Source: Euprymna scolopes | Lineage: Eukaryota | Assembly (NCBI GenBank): GCA_053919585.1 | Contig: CM132825.1 | Reading direction: 5' to 3' (one strand) | Length of the DNA: 64,000 nucleotides | Part shown: positions 26,201-41,200 of the stretch, piece by piece | Layout: each line of letters begins with the position of its first letter | Position numbering within the stretch: position 1 is the stretch's first letter | Notes under the pieces: generated by a model | What the model saw: the letters and a program-made list of their open reading frames with translations, nothing else | What the model was told of the DNA's origin: nothing | Database searches by the model: none | Translations under genes and position numbers: made by a program

Positions 26201-29200
26201 TAACCGTCCCACAGCAGAATCTTACATTTGTTTTGTGTCGCATCATATAATAACCGTCCCACAGCAGAATCTTACATTTGTTTTGTGTCGCATCATATAA
26301 TAACCGTCCCACAGCAGAATCTTACATTTGTTTTGTGTCGCATCATATAATAACCGTCCCACAGCAGAATCTTACATTTGTTTTGTGTCGCATCATATAA
26401 TAACCGTCCCACAGCAGAATCTTACATTTGTTTTGTGTCGCATCATATAATAACCGTCCCACAGCAGAATCTTACATTTGTTTTGTGTCGCATCATATAA
26501 TAACCGTCCCACAGCAGAATCTTACATTTGTTTTGTGTCGCATCATATAATAACCGTCCCACAGCAGAATCTTACATTTGTTTTGTGTCGCATCATATAA
26601 TAACCGTCCCACAGCAGAATCTTACATTTGTTTTGTGTCGCATCATATAATAACCGTCCCACAGCAGAATCTTACATTTGTTTTGTGTCGCATCATATAA
26701 TAACCGTCCCACAGCAGAATCTTACATTTGTTTTGTGTCGCATCATATAATAACCGTCCCACAGCAGAATCTTACATTTGTTTTGTGTCGCATTGTATAA
26801 TAACCGTCCCACAGCAGAATCTTACATTTGTTTTGTGTCGCATCATATAATAACCGTCCCACAGCAGAATCTTACATTTGTTTTGTGTCGCATCATATAA
26901 TAACCGTCCCACAGCAGAATCTTACATTTGTTTTGTGTCGCATCATATAATAACCGTCCCACAGCAGAATCTTACATTTGTTTTGTGTAGCATCGTATAA
27001 TAATCGTCCCACAGCAGAATCTTACATTTGTTTTGTGTCGCATCATATAATAACCGTCCCACAGCAGAATCTTACATTTGTTTTGTGTCGCATCATATAA
27101 TAACCGTCCCACAGCAGAATCTTACATTTGTTTTGTGTCGCATCATATAATAACCGTCCCACAGCAGAATCTTACATTTGTTTTGTGTCGCATCATATAA
27201 TAACCGTCCCACAGCAGAATCTTACATTTGTTTTGTGTCGCATCATATAATAACCGTCCCACAGCAGAATCTTACATTTGTTTTGTGTCGCATCATATAA
27301 TAACCGTCCCACAGCAGAATCTTACATTTGTTTTGTGTCGCATCATATAATAACCGTCCCACAGCAGAATCTTACATTTGTTTTGTGTCGCATCATATAA
27401 TAACCGTCCCACAGCAGAATCTTACATTTGTTTTGTGTCGCATCGTATAATAACCGTCCCACAGCAGAATCTTACATTTGTTTTGTGTCGCATCATATAA
27501 TAACCGTCCCACAGCAGAATCTTACATTTGTTTTGTGTCGCATCATATAATAACCGTCCCACAGCAGAATCTTACATTTGTTTTGTGTCGCATCATATAA
27601 TAACCGTCCCACAGCAGAATCTTACATTTGTTTTGTGTCGCATCGTATAATAACCGTCCCACAGCAGAATCTTACATTTGTTTTGTGTCGCATCATATAA
27701 TAACCGTCCCACAGCAGAATCTTACATTTGTTTTGTGTCGCATCATATAATAACCGTCCCACAGCAGAATCTTACATTTGTTTTGTGTCGCATCATATAA
27801 TAACCGTCCCACAGCAGAATCTTACATTTGTTTTGTGTCGCATCGTATAATAACCGTCCCACAGCAGAATCTTACATTTGTTTTGTGTCGCATCATATAA
27901 TAACCGTCCCACAGCAGAATCTTACATTTGTTTTGTGTCGCATCATATAATAACCGTCCCACAGCAGAATCTTACATTTGTTTTGTGTCGCATCGTATAA
28001 TAACCGTCCCACAGCAGAATCTTACATTTGTTTTGTGTCGCATCATATAATAACCGTCCCACAGCAGAATCTTACATTTGTTTTGTGTCGCATCGTATAA
28101 TAACCGTCCTACAGTAGAATCTTACATTTGTTTTGTGTCGCATCATATAATAACCGTCCCACAGCAGAATCTTACATTTGTTTTGTGTCGCATCATATAA
28201 TAACCGTCCCACAGCAGAATCTTACATTTGTTTTGTGTCGCATCGTATAATAACCGTCCCACAGCAGAATCTTACATTTGTTTTGTGTCGCATCATATAA
28301 TAACCGTCCCACAGCAGAATCTTACATTTGTTTTGTGTCGCATCATATAATAACCGTCCCACAGCAGAATCTTACATTTGTTTTGTGTCGCATCATATAA
28401 TAACCGTCCCACAGCAGAATCTTACATTTGTTTTGTGTCGCATCGTATAATAACCGTCCCACAGCAGAATCTTACATTTGTTTTGTGTCGCATCATATAA
28501 TAACCGTCCCACAGCAGAATCTTACATTTGTTTTGTGTCGCATCGTATAATAACCGTCCCACAGCAGAATCTTACATTTGTTTTGTGTCGCATCATATAA
28601 TAACCGTCCCACAGCAGAATCTTACATTTGTTTTGTGTCGCATCATATAATAACCGTCCCACAGCAGAATCTTACATTTATTTTGTGTCGCATCGTATAA
28701 TAACCGTCCCACAGCAGAATCTTACATTTGTTTTGTGTCGCATCATATAATAACCGTCCCACAGCAGAATCTTACATTTGTTTTGTGTCGCATCGTATAA
28801 TAACCGTCCCACAGCAGAATCTTACATTTGTTTTGTGTCGCATCATATAATAACCGTCCCACAGCAGAATCTTACATTTGTTTTGTGTCGCATCATATAA
28901 TAACCGTCCCACAGCAGAATCTTACATTTGTTTTGTGTCGCATCGTATAATAACCGTCCCACAGCAGAATCTTACATTTGTTTTGTGTCGCATCGTATAA
29001 TAACCGTCCCACAGCAGAATCTTACATTTGTTTTGTGTCGCATCGTATAATAACCGTCCCACAGCAGAATCTTACATTTGTTTTGTGTCGCATCATATAA
29101 TAACCGTCCCACAGCAGAATCTTACATTTGTTTTGTGTCGCATCGTATAATAACCGTCCCACAGCAGAATCTTACATTTGTTTTGTGTCGCATCATATAA

Positions 29201-32200
29201 TAACCGTCCCACAGCAGAATCTTACATTTGTTTTGTGTCGCATCGTATAATAACCGTCCCACAGCAGAATCTTACATTTGTTTTGTGTCGCATCATATAA
29301 TAACCGTCCCACAGCAGAATCTTACATTTGTTTTGTGTCGCATCATATAATAACCGTCCCACAGCAGAATCTTACATTTGTTTTGTGTCGCATCGTATAA
29401 TAACCGTCCCACAGCAGAATCTTACATTTGTTTTGTGTCGCATCGTATAATAACCGTCCCACAGCAGAATCTTACATTTGTTTTGTGTCGCATCGTATAA
29501 TAACCGTCCCACAGCAGAATCTTACATTTGTTTTGTGTCGCATCATATAATAACCGTCCCACAGCAGAATCTTACATTTGTTTTGTGTCGCATCATATAA
29601 TAACCGTCCCACAGCAGAATCTTACATTTGTTTTGTGTCGCATCATATAATAACCGTCCCACAGCAGAATCTTACATTTGTTTTGTGTCGCATCGTATAA
29701 TAACCGTCCCACAGCAGAATCTTACATTTGTTTTGTGTCGCATCATATAATAACCGTCCCACAGCAGAATCTTACATTTGTTTTGTGTCGCATCATATAA
29801 TAACCGTCCCACAGCAGAATCTTACATTTGTTTTGTGTCGCATCGTATAATAACCGTCCCACAGCAGAATCTTACATTTGTTTTGTGTCGCATCGTATAA
29901 TAACCGTCCCACAGCAGAATCTTACATTTGTTTTGTGTCGCATCATATAATAACCGTCCCACAGCAGAATCTTACATTTGTTTTGTGTCGCATCATATAA
30001 TAACCGTCCCACAGCAGAATCTTACATTTGTTTTGTGTCGCATCATATAATAACCGTCCCACAGCAGAATCTTACATTTGTTTTGTGTTGCATCGTATAA
30101 TAATCGTCCTACAGCAGAATCTTACATTTGTTTTGTGTCGCATCATATAATAACCGTCCCACAGCAGAATCTTACATTTGTTTTGTGTCGCATCATATAA
30201 TAACCGTCCCACAGCAGAATCTTACATTTGTTTTGTGTCGCATCGTATAATAACCGTCCCACAGCAGAATCTTACATTTGTTTTGTGTCGCATCATATAA
30301 TAACCGTCCCACAGCAGAATCTTACATTTGTTTTGTGTTGCATCATATAATAACCGTCCCACAGCAGAATCTTACATTTGTTTTGTGTCGCATCATATAA
30401 TAACCGTCCCACAGCAGAATCTTACATTTGTTTTGTGTCGCATCATATAATAACCGTCCCACAGCAGAATCTTACATTTGTTTTGTGTCGCATCATATAA
30501 TAACCGTCCCACAGCAGAATCTTACATTTGTTTTGTGTCGCATCATATAATAACCGTCCCACAGCAGAATCTTACATTTGTTTTGTGTCGCATCATATAA
30601 TAACCGTCCCACAGCAGAATCTTACATTTGTTTTGTGTCGCATCATATAATAACCGTCCCACAGCTAATCTTACATTTGTTTTGTGTCGCATCGTATAAT
30701 AACCGTCCCACAGCAGAATCTTACATTTGTTTTGTGTCGCATCATATAATAACCGTCCCGCAGCAGAATCTTACATTTGTTTTGTGTCGCATCGTATAAT
30801 AACCGTCCCACAGCAGAATCTTACATTTGTTTTGTGTCGCATCATATAATAACCGTCCCACAGCAGAATCTTACATTTGTTTTGTGTCGCATCATATAAT
30901 AACCGTCCCACAGCAGAATCTTACATTTGTTTTGTGTCGCATCGTATAATAACCGTCCCACAGCAGAATCTTACATTTGTTTTGTGTCGCATCATATAAT
31001 AACCGTCCCACAGCAGAATCTTACATTTGTTTTGTGTCGCATCATATAATAACCGTCCCACAGCAGAATCTTACATTTGTTTTGTGTCGCATCATATAAT
31101 AACCGTCCCACAGCAGAATCTTACATTTGTTTTGTGTCGCATCGTATAATAACCGTCCCACAGCAGAATCTTACATTTGTTTTGTGTCGCATCATATAAT
31201 AACCGTCCCACAGCAGAATCTTACATTTGTTTTGTGTCGCATCGTATAATAACCGTCCCACAGCAGAATCTTACATTTGTTTTGTGTCGCATCATATAAT
31301 AACCGTCCCACAGCAGAATCTTACATTTGTTTTGTGTCGCATCATATAATAACCGTCCCACAGCAGAATCTTACATTTGTTTTGTGTCGCATCGTATAAT
31401 AACCGTCCCACAGCAGAATCTTACATTTGTTTTGTGTCGCATCATATAATAACCGTCCCACAGCAGAATCTTACATTTGTTTTGTGTCGCATCGTATAAT
31501 AACCGTCCCACAGCAGAATCTTACATTTGTTTTGTGTCGCATCATATAATAACCGTCCCACAGCAGAATCTTACATTTGTTTTGTCTCGCATCATATAAT
31601 AACCGTCCCACAGCAGAATCTTACATTTGTTTTGTGTCGCATCGTATAATAACCGTCCCACAGCAGAATCTTACATTTGTTTTGTGTCGCATCGTATAAT
31701 AACCGTCCCACAGCAGAATCTTACATTTGTTTTGTGTCGCATCATATAATAACCGTCCCACAGCAGAATCTTACATTTGTTTTGTGTCGCATCATATAAT
31801 AACCGTCCCACAGCAGAATCTTACATTTGTTTTGTGTCGCATCGTATAATAACCGTCCCACAGCAGAATCTTACATTTGTTTTGTGTCGCATCATATAAT
31901 AACCGTCCCACAGCAGAATCTTACATTTGTTTTGTGTCGCATCGTATAATAACCGTCCCACAGCAGAATCTTACATTTGTTTTGTGTCGCATCATATAAT
32001 AACCGTCCCACAGCAGAATCTTACATTTGTTTTGTGTCGCATCATATAATAACCGTCCCACAGCAGAATCTTACATTTGTTTTGTGTCGCATCGTATAAT
32101 AACCGTCCCACAGCAGAATCTTACATTTGTTTTGTGTCGCATCATATAATAACCGTCCCACAGCAGAATCTTACATTTGTTTTGTGTCGCATCGTATAAT

Positions 32201-35200
32201 AACCGTCCCACAGCAGAATCTTACATTTGTTTTGTGTCGCATCATATAATAACCGTCCCACAGCAGAATCTTACATTTGTTTTGTGTCGCATCATATAAT
32301 AACCGTCCCACAGCAGAATCTTACATTTGTTTTGTGTCGCATCGTATAATAACCGTCCCACAGCAGAATCTTACATTTGTTTTGTGTCGCATCATATAAT
32401 AACCGTCCCACAGCAGAATCTTACATTTGTTTTGTGTCGCATCATATAATAACCGTCCCACAGCAGAATCTTACATTTGTTTTGTGTCGCATCATATAAT
32501 AACCGTCCCACAGCAGAATCTTACATTTGTTTTGTGTCGCATCGTATAATAACCGTCCCACAGCAGAATCTTACATTTGTTTTGTGTCGCATCATATAAT
32601 AACCGTCCCACAGCAGAATCTTACATTTGTTTTGTGTCGCATCATATAATAACCGTCCCACAGCAGAATCTTACATTTGTTTTGTGTCGCATCATATAAT
32701 AACCGTCCCACAGCAGAATCTTACATTTGTTTTGTGTTGCATCGTATAATAATCGTCCCACAGCAGAATCTTACATTTGTTTTGTGTCGCATCATATAAT
32801 AACCGTCCCACAGCAGAATCTTACATTTGTTTTGTGTCGCATCATATAATAACCGTCCCACAGCAGAATCTTACATTTGTTTTGTGTCGCATCGTATAAT
32901 AACCGTCCCACAGCAGAATCTTACATTTGTTTTGTGTCGCATCATATAATAACCGTCCCACAGCAGAATCTTACATTTGTTTTGTGTTGCATCGTATAAT
33001 AATCGTCCCACAGCAGAATCTTACATTTGTTTTGTGTCGCATCATATAATAACCGTCCCACAGCAGAATCTTACATTTGTTTTGTGTCGCATCATATAAT
33101 AACCGTCCCACAGCAGAATCTTACATTTGTTTTGTGTCGCATCATATAATAACCGTCCCACAGCAGAATCTTACATTTGTTTTGTGTCGCATCATATAAT
33201 AACCGTCCCACAGCAGAATCTTACATTTGTTTTGTGTCGCATCATATAATAACCGTCCCACAGCAGAATCTTACATTTGTTTTGTGTCGCATCATATAAT
33301 AACCGTCCCACAGCAGAATCTTACATTTGTTTTGTGTCGCATCATATAATAACCGTCCCACAGCAGAATCTTACATTTGTTTTGTGTCGCATCATATAAT
33401 AACCGTCCCACAGCAGAATCTTACATTTGTTTTGTGTCGCATCATATAATAACCGTCCCACAGCAGAATCTTACATTTGTTTTGTGTCGCATCATATAAT
33501 AACCGTCCCACAGCAGAATCTTACATTTGTTTTGTGTCGCATCGTATAATAACCGTCCCACAGCAGAATCTTACATTTGTTTTGTGTCGCATCATATAAT
33601 AACCGTCCCACAGCAGAATCTTACATTTGTTTTGTGTCGCATCATATAATAACCGTCCCACAGCAGAATCTTACATTTGTTTTGTGTCGCATCATATAAT
33701 AACCGTCCCACAGCAGAATCTTACATTTGTTTTGTGTTGCATCGTATAATAATCGTCCCACAGCAGAATCTTACATTTGTTTTGTGTCGCATCATATAAT
33801 AACCGTCCCACAGCAGAATCTTACATTTGTTTTGTGTCGCATCATATAATAACCGTCCCACAGCAGAATCTTACATTTGTTTTGTGTCGCATCATATAAT
33901 AACCGTCCCACAGCAGAATCTTACATTTGTTTTGTGTCGCATCATATAATAACCGTCCCACAGCAGAATCTTACATTTGTTTTGTGTCGCATCATATAAT
34001 AACCGTCCCACAGCAGAATCTTACATTTGTTTTGTGTCGCATCATATAATAACCGTCCCACAGCAGAATCTTACATTTGTTTTGTGTCGCATCATATAAT
34101 AACCGTCCCACAGCAGAATCTTACATTTGTTTTGTGTCGCATCATATAATAACCGTCCCACAGCAGAATCTTACATTTGTTTTGTGTCGCATCATATAAT
34201 AACCGTCCCACAGCAGAATCTTACATTTGTTTTGTGTCGCATCATATAATAACCGTCCCACAGCAGAATCTTACATTTGTTTTGTGTCGCATCATATAAT
34301 AACCGTCCCACAGCAGAATCTTACATTTGTTTTGTGTCGCATCATATAATAACCGTCCCACAGCAGAATCTTACATTTGTTTTGTGTCGCATCGTATAAT
34401 AACCGTCCCACAGCAGAATCTTACATTTGTTTTGTGTCGCATCATATAATAACCGTCCCACAGCAGAATCTTACATTTGTTTTGTGTCGCATCATATAAT
34501 AACCGTCCCACAGCAGAATCTTACATTTGTTTTGTGTCGCATCATATAATAACCGTCCCACAGCAGAATCTTACATTTGTTTTGTGTCGCATCATATAAT
34601 AACCGTCCCACAGCAGAATCTTACATTTGTTTTGTGTCGCATCATATAATAACCGTCCCACAGCAGAATCTTACATTTGTTTTGTGTCGCATCGTATAAT
34701 AACCGTCCCACAGCAGAATCTTACATTTGTTTTGTGTCGCATCATATAATAACCGTCCCACAGCAGAATCTTACATTTGTTTTGTGTCGCATCATATAAT
34801 AACCGTCCCACAGCAGAATCTTACATTTGTTTTGTGTCGCATCGTATAATAACCGTCCCACAGCAGAATCTTACATTTGTTTTGTGTCGCATCGTATAAT
34901 AACCGTCCCACAGCAGAATCTTACATTTGTTTTGTGTCGCATCATATAATAACCGTCCCACAGCAGAATCTTACATTTGTTTTGTGTCGCATCATATAAT
35001 AACCGTCCCACAGCAGAATCTTACATTTGTTTTGTGTCGCATCGTATAATAACCGTCCCACAGCAGAATCTTACATTTGTTTTGTGTCGCATCATATAAT
35101 AACCGTCCCACAGCAGAATCTTACATTTGTTTTGTGTCGCATCGTATAATAACCGTCCCACAGCAGAATCTTACATTTGTTTTGTGTCGCATCATATAAT

Positions 35201-38200
35201 AACCGTCCCACAGCAGAATCTTACATTTGTTTTGTGTCGCATCATATAATAACCGTCCCACAGCAGAATCTTACATTTGTTTTGTGTCGCATCGTATAAT
35301 AACCGTCCCACAGCAGAATCTTACATTTGTTTTGTGTCGCATCATATAATAACCGTCCCACAGCAGAATCTTACATTTGTTTTGTGTCGCATCGTATAAT
35401 AACCGTCCCACAGCAGAATCTTACATTTGTTTTGTGTCGCATCATATAATAACCGTCCCACAGCAGAATCTTACATTTGTTTTGTGTCGCATCATATAAT
35501 AACCGTCCCACAGCAGAATCTTACATTTGTTTTGTGTCGCATCGTATAATAACCGTCCCACAGCAGAATCTTACATTTGTTTTGTGTCGCATCATATAAT
35601 AACCGTCCCACAGCAGAATCTTACATTTGTTTTGTGTCGCATCATATAATAACCGTCCCACAGCAGAATCTTACATTTGTTTTGTGTCGCATCATATAAT
35701 AACCGTCCCACAGCAGAATCTTACATTTGTTTTGTGTCGCATCGTATAATAACCGTCCCACAGCAGAATCTTACATTTGTTTTGTGTCGCATCATATAAT
35801 AACCGTCCCACAGCAGAATCTTACATTTGTTTTGTGTCGCATCATATAATAACCGTCCCACAGCAGAATCTTACATTTGTTTTGTGTCGCATCATATAAT
35901 AACCGTCCCACAGCAGAATCTTACATTTGTTTTGTGTTGCATCGTATAATAATCGTCCCACAGCAGAATCTTACATTTGTTTTGTGTCGCATCATATAAT
36001 AACCGTCCCACAGCAGAATCTTACATTTGTTTTGTGTCGCATCATATAATAACCGTCCCACAGCAGAATCTTACATTTGTTTTGTGTCGCATCGTATAAT
36101 AACCGTCCCACAGCAGAATCTTACATTTGTTTTGTGTCGCATCATATAATAACCGTCCCACAGCAGAATCTTACATTTGTTTTGTGTTGCATCGTATAAT
36201 AATCGTCCCACAGCAGAATCTTACATTTGTTTTGTGTCGCATCATATAATAACCGTCCCACAGCAGAATCTTACATTTGTTTTGTGTCGCATCATATAAT
36301 AACCGTCCCACAGCAGAATCTTACATTTGTTTTGTGTCGCATCATATAATAACCGTCCCACAGCAGAATCTTACATTTGTTTTGTGTCGCATCATATAAT
36401 AACCGTCCCACAGCAGAATCTTACATTTGTTTTGTGTCGCATCATATAATAACCGTCCCACAGCAGAATCTTACATTTGTTTTGTGTCGCATCATATAAT
36501 AACCGTCCCACAGCAGAATCTTACATTTGTTTTGTGTCGCATCATATAATAACCGTCCCACAGCAGAATCTTACATTTGTTTTGTGTCGCATCATATAAT
36601 AACCGTCCCACAGCAGAATCTTACATTTGTTTTGTGTCGCATCATATAATAACCGTCCCACAGCAGAATCTTACATTTGTTTTGTGTCGCATCATATAAT
36701 AACCGTCCCACAGCAGAATCTTACATTTGTTTTGTGTCGCATCGTATAATAACCGTCCCACAGCAGAATCTTACATTTGTTTTGTGTCGCATCATATAAT
36801 AACCGTCCCACAGCAGAATCTTACATTTGTTTTGTGTCGCATCATATAATAACCGTCCCACAGCAGAATCTTACATTTGTTTTGTGTCGCATCATATAAT
36901 AACCGTCCCACAGCAGAATCTTACATTTGTTTTGTGTTGCATCGTATAATAATCGTCCCACAGCAGAATCTTACATTTGTTTTGTGTCGCATCATATAAT
37001 AACCGTCCCACAGCAGAATCTTACATTTGTTTTGTGTCGCATCATATAATAACCGTCCCACAGCAGAATCTTACATTTGTTTTGTGTCGCATCATATAAT
37101 AACCGTCCCACAGCAGAATCTTACATTTGTTTTGTGTCGCATCATATAATAACCGTCCCACAGCAGAATCTTACATTTGTTTTGTGTCGCATCATATAAT
37201 AACCGTCCCACAGCAGAATCTTACATTTGTTTTGTGTCGCATCATATAATAACCGTCCCACAGCAGAATCTTACATTTGTTTTGTGTCGCATCATATAAT
37301 AACCGTCCCACAGCAGAATCTTACATTTGTTTTGTGTCGCATCATATAATAACCGTCCCACAGCAGAATCTTACATTTGTTTTGTGTCGCATCATATAAT
37401 AACCGTCCCACAGCAGAATCTTACATTTGTTTTGTGTCGCATCATATAATAACCGTCCCACAGCAGAATCTTACATTTGTTTTGTGTCGCATCATATAAT
37501 AACCGTCCCACAGCAGAATCTTACATTTGTTTTGTGTCGCATCATATAATAACCGTCCCACAGCAGAATCTTACATTTGTTTTGTGTCGCATCGTATAAT
37601 AACCGTCCCACAGCAGAATCTTACATTTGTTTTGTGTCGCATCATATAATAACCGTCCCACAGCAGAATCTTACATTTGTTTTGTGTCGCATCATATAAT
37701 AACCGTCCCACAGCAGAATCTTACATTTGTTTTGTGTCGCATCATATAATAACCGTCCCACAGCAGAATCTTACATTTGTTTTGTGTCGCATCATATAAT
37801 AACCGTCCCACAGCAGAATCTTACATTTGTTTTGTGTCGCATCATATAATAACCGTCCCACAGCAGAATCTTACATTTGTTTTGTGTCGCATCATATAAT
37901 AACCGTCCCACAGCAGAATCTTACATTTGTTTTGTGTCGCATCATATAATAACCGTCCCACAGCAGAATCTTACATTTGTTTTGTGTCGCATCATATAAT
38001 AACCGTCCCACAGCAGAATCTTACATTTGTTTTGTGTCGCATCATATAATAACCGTCCCACAGCAGAATCTTACATTTGTTTTGTGTCGCATCATATAAT
38101 AACCGTCCCACAGCAGAATCTTACATTTGTTTTGTGTCGCATCATATAATAACCGTCCCACAGCAGAATCTTACATTTGTTTTGTGTCGCATCATATAAT

Positions 38201-41200
38201 AACCGTCCCACAGCAGAATCTTACATTTGTTTTGTGTCGCATCATATAATAACCGTCCCACAGCAGAATCTTACATTTGTTTTGTGTCGCATCATATAAT
38301 AACCGTCCCACAGCAGAATCTTACATTTGTTTTGTGTCGCATCATATAATAACCGTCCCACAGCAGAATCTTACATTTGTTTTGTGTCGCATCATATAAT
38401 AACCGTCCCACAGCAGAATCTTACATTTGTTTTGTGTCGCATCATATAATAACCGTCCCACAGCAGAATCTTACATTTGTTTTGTGTCGCATCATATAAT
38501 AACCGTCCCACAGCAGAATCTTACATTTGTTTTGTGTCGCATCGTATAATAACCGTCCCACAGCAGAATCTTACATTTGTTTTGTGTCGCATCATATAAT
38601 AACCGTCCCACAGCAGAATCTTACATTTGTTTTGTGTCGCATCATATAATAACCGTCCCACAGCAGAATCTTACATTTGTTTTGTGTCGCATCATATAAT
38701 AACCGTCCCACAGCAGAATCTTACATTTGTTTTGTGTCGCATCATATAATAACCGTCCCACAGCAGAATCTTACATTTGTTTTGTGTCGCATCATATAAT
38801 AACCGTCCCACAGCAGAATCTTACATTTGTTTTGTGTCGCATCATATAATAACCGTCCCACAGCAGAATCTTACATTTGTTTTGTGTCGCATCATATAAT
38901 AACCGTCCCACAGCAGAATCTTACATTTGTTTTGTGTCGCATCATATAATAACCGTCCCACAGCAGAATCTTACATTTGTTTTGTGTCGCATCATATAAT
39001 AACCGTCCCACAGCAGAATCTTACATTTGTTTTGTGTCGCATCATATAATAACCGTCCCACAGCAGAATCTTACATTTGTTTTGTGTCGCATCATATAAT
39101 AACCGTCCCACAGCAGAATCTTACATTTGTTTTGTGTCGCATCATATAATAACCGTCCCACAGCAGAATCTTACATTTGTTTTGTGTCGCATCGTATAAT
39201 AACCGTCCCACAGCAGAATCTTACATTTGTTTTGTGTCGCATCATATAATAACCGTCCCACAGCAGAATCTTACATTTGTTTTGTGTCGCATCATATAAT
39301 AACCGTCCCACAGCAGAATCTTACATTTGTTTTGTGTCGCATCATATAATAACCGTCCCACAGTAGAATCTTACATTTGTTTTGTGTTGCATCGTATAAT
39401 AATCGTCCCACAGCAGAATCTTACATTTGTTTTGTGTCGCATCGTATAATAACCGTCCCACAGCAGAATCTTACATTTGTTTTGTGTCGCATCATATAAT
39501 AACCGTCCCACAGCAGAATCTTACATTTGTTTTGTGTCGCATCATATAATAACCGTCCCACAGCAGAATCTTACATTTGTTTTGTGTCGCATCATATAAT
39601 AACCGTCCCACAGCAGAATCTTACATTTGTTTTGTGTCGCATCATATAATAACCGTCCCACAGCAGAATCTTACATTTGTTTTGTGTCGCATCATATAAT
39701 AACCGTCCCACAGCAGAATCTTACATTTGTTTTGTGTCGCATCATATAATAACCGTCCCACAGCAGAATCTTACATTTGTTTTGTGTCGCATCATATAAT
39801 AACCGTCCCACAGCAGAATCTTACATTTGTTTTGTGTCGCATCGTATAATAACCGTCCCACAGCAGAATCTTACATTTGTTTTGTGTCGCATCATATAAT
39901 AACCGTCCCACAGCAGAATCTTACATTTGTTTTGTGTCGCATCATATAATAACCGTCCCACAGCAGAATCTTACATTTGTTTTGTGTCGCATCATATAAT
40001 AACCGTCCCACAGCAGAATCTTACATTTGTTTTGTGTCGCATCGTATAATAACCGTCCCACAGCAGAATCTTACATTTGTTTTGTGTCGCATCATATAAT
40101 AACCGTCCCACAGCAGAATCTTACATTTGTTTTGTGTCGCATCATATAATAACCGTCCCACAGCAGAATCTTACATTTGTTTTGTGTCGCATCATATAAT
40201 AACCGTCCCACAGCAGAATCTTACATTTGTTTTGTGTCGCATCGTATAATAACCGTCCCACAGCAGAATCTTACATTTGTTTTGTGTCGCATCATATAAT
40301 AACCGTCCCACAGCAGAATCTTACATTTGTTTTGTGTCGCATCGTATAATAACCGTCCCACAGCAGAATCTTACATTTGTTTTGTGTCGCATCATATAAT
40401 AACCGTCCCACAGCAGAATCTTACATTTGTTTTGTGTCGCATCATATAATAACCGTCCCACAGCAGAATCTTACATTTGTTTTGTGTCGCATCATATAAT
40501 AACCGTCCCACAGCAGAATCTTACATTTGTTTTGTGTTGCATCGTATAATAACCGTCCCACAGCAGAATCTTACATTTGTTTTGTGTCGCATCATATAAT
40601 AACCGTCCCACAGCAGAATCTTACATTTGTTTTGTGTCGCATCATATAATAACCGTCCCACAGCAGAATCTTACATTTGTTTTGTGTTGCATCGTATAAT
40701 AATCGTCCCACAGCAGAATCTTACATTTGTTTTGTGTCGCATCATATAATAACCGTCCCACAGCAGAATCTTACATTTGTTTTGTGTCGCATCATATAAT
40801 AACCGTCCCACAGCAGAATCTTACATTTGTTTTGTGTCGCATCATATAATAACCGTCCCACAGCAGAATCTTACATTTGTTTTGTGTCGCATCATATAAT
40901 AACCGTCCCACAGCAGAATCTTACATTTGTTTTGTGTCGCATCATATAATAACCGTCCCACAGCAGAATCTTACATTTGTTTTGTGTCGCATCATATAAT
41001 AACCGTCCCACAGCAGAATCTTACATTTGTTTTGTGTCGCATCATATAATAACCGTCCCACAGCAGAATCTTACATTTGTTTTGTGTCGCATCATATAAT
41101 AACCGTCCCACAGCAGAATCTTACATTTGTTTTGTGTCGCATCGTATAATAACCGTCCCACAGCAGAATCTTACATTTGTTTTGTGTCGCATCATATAAT

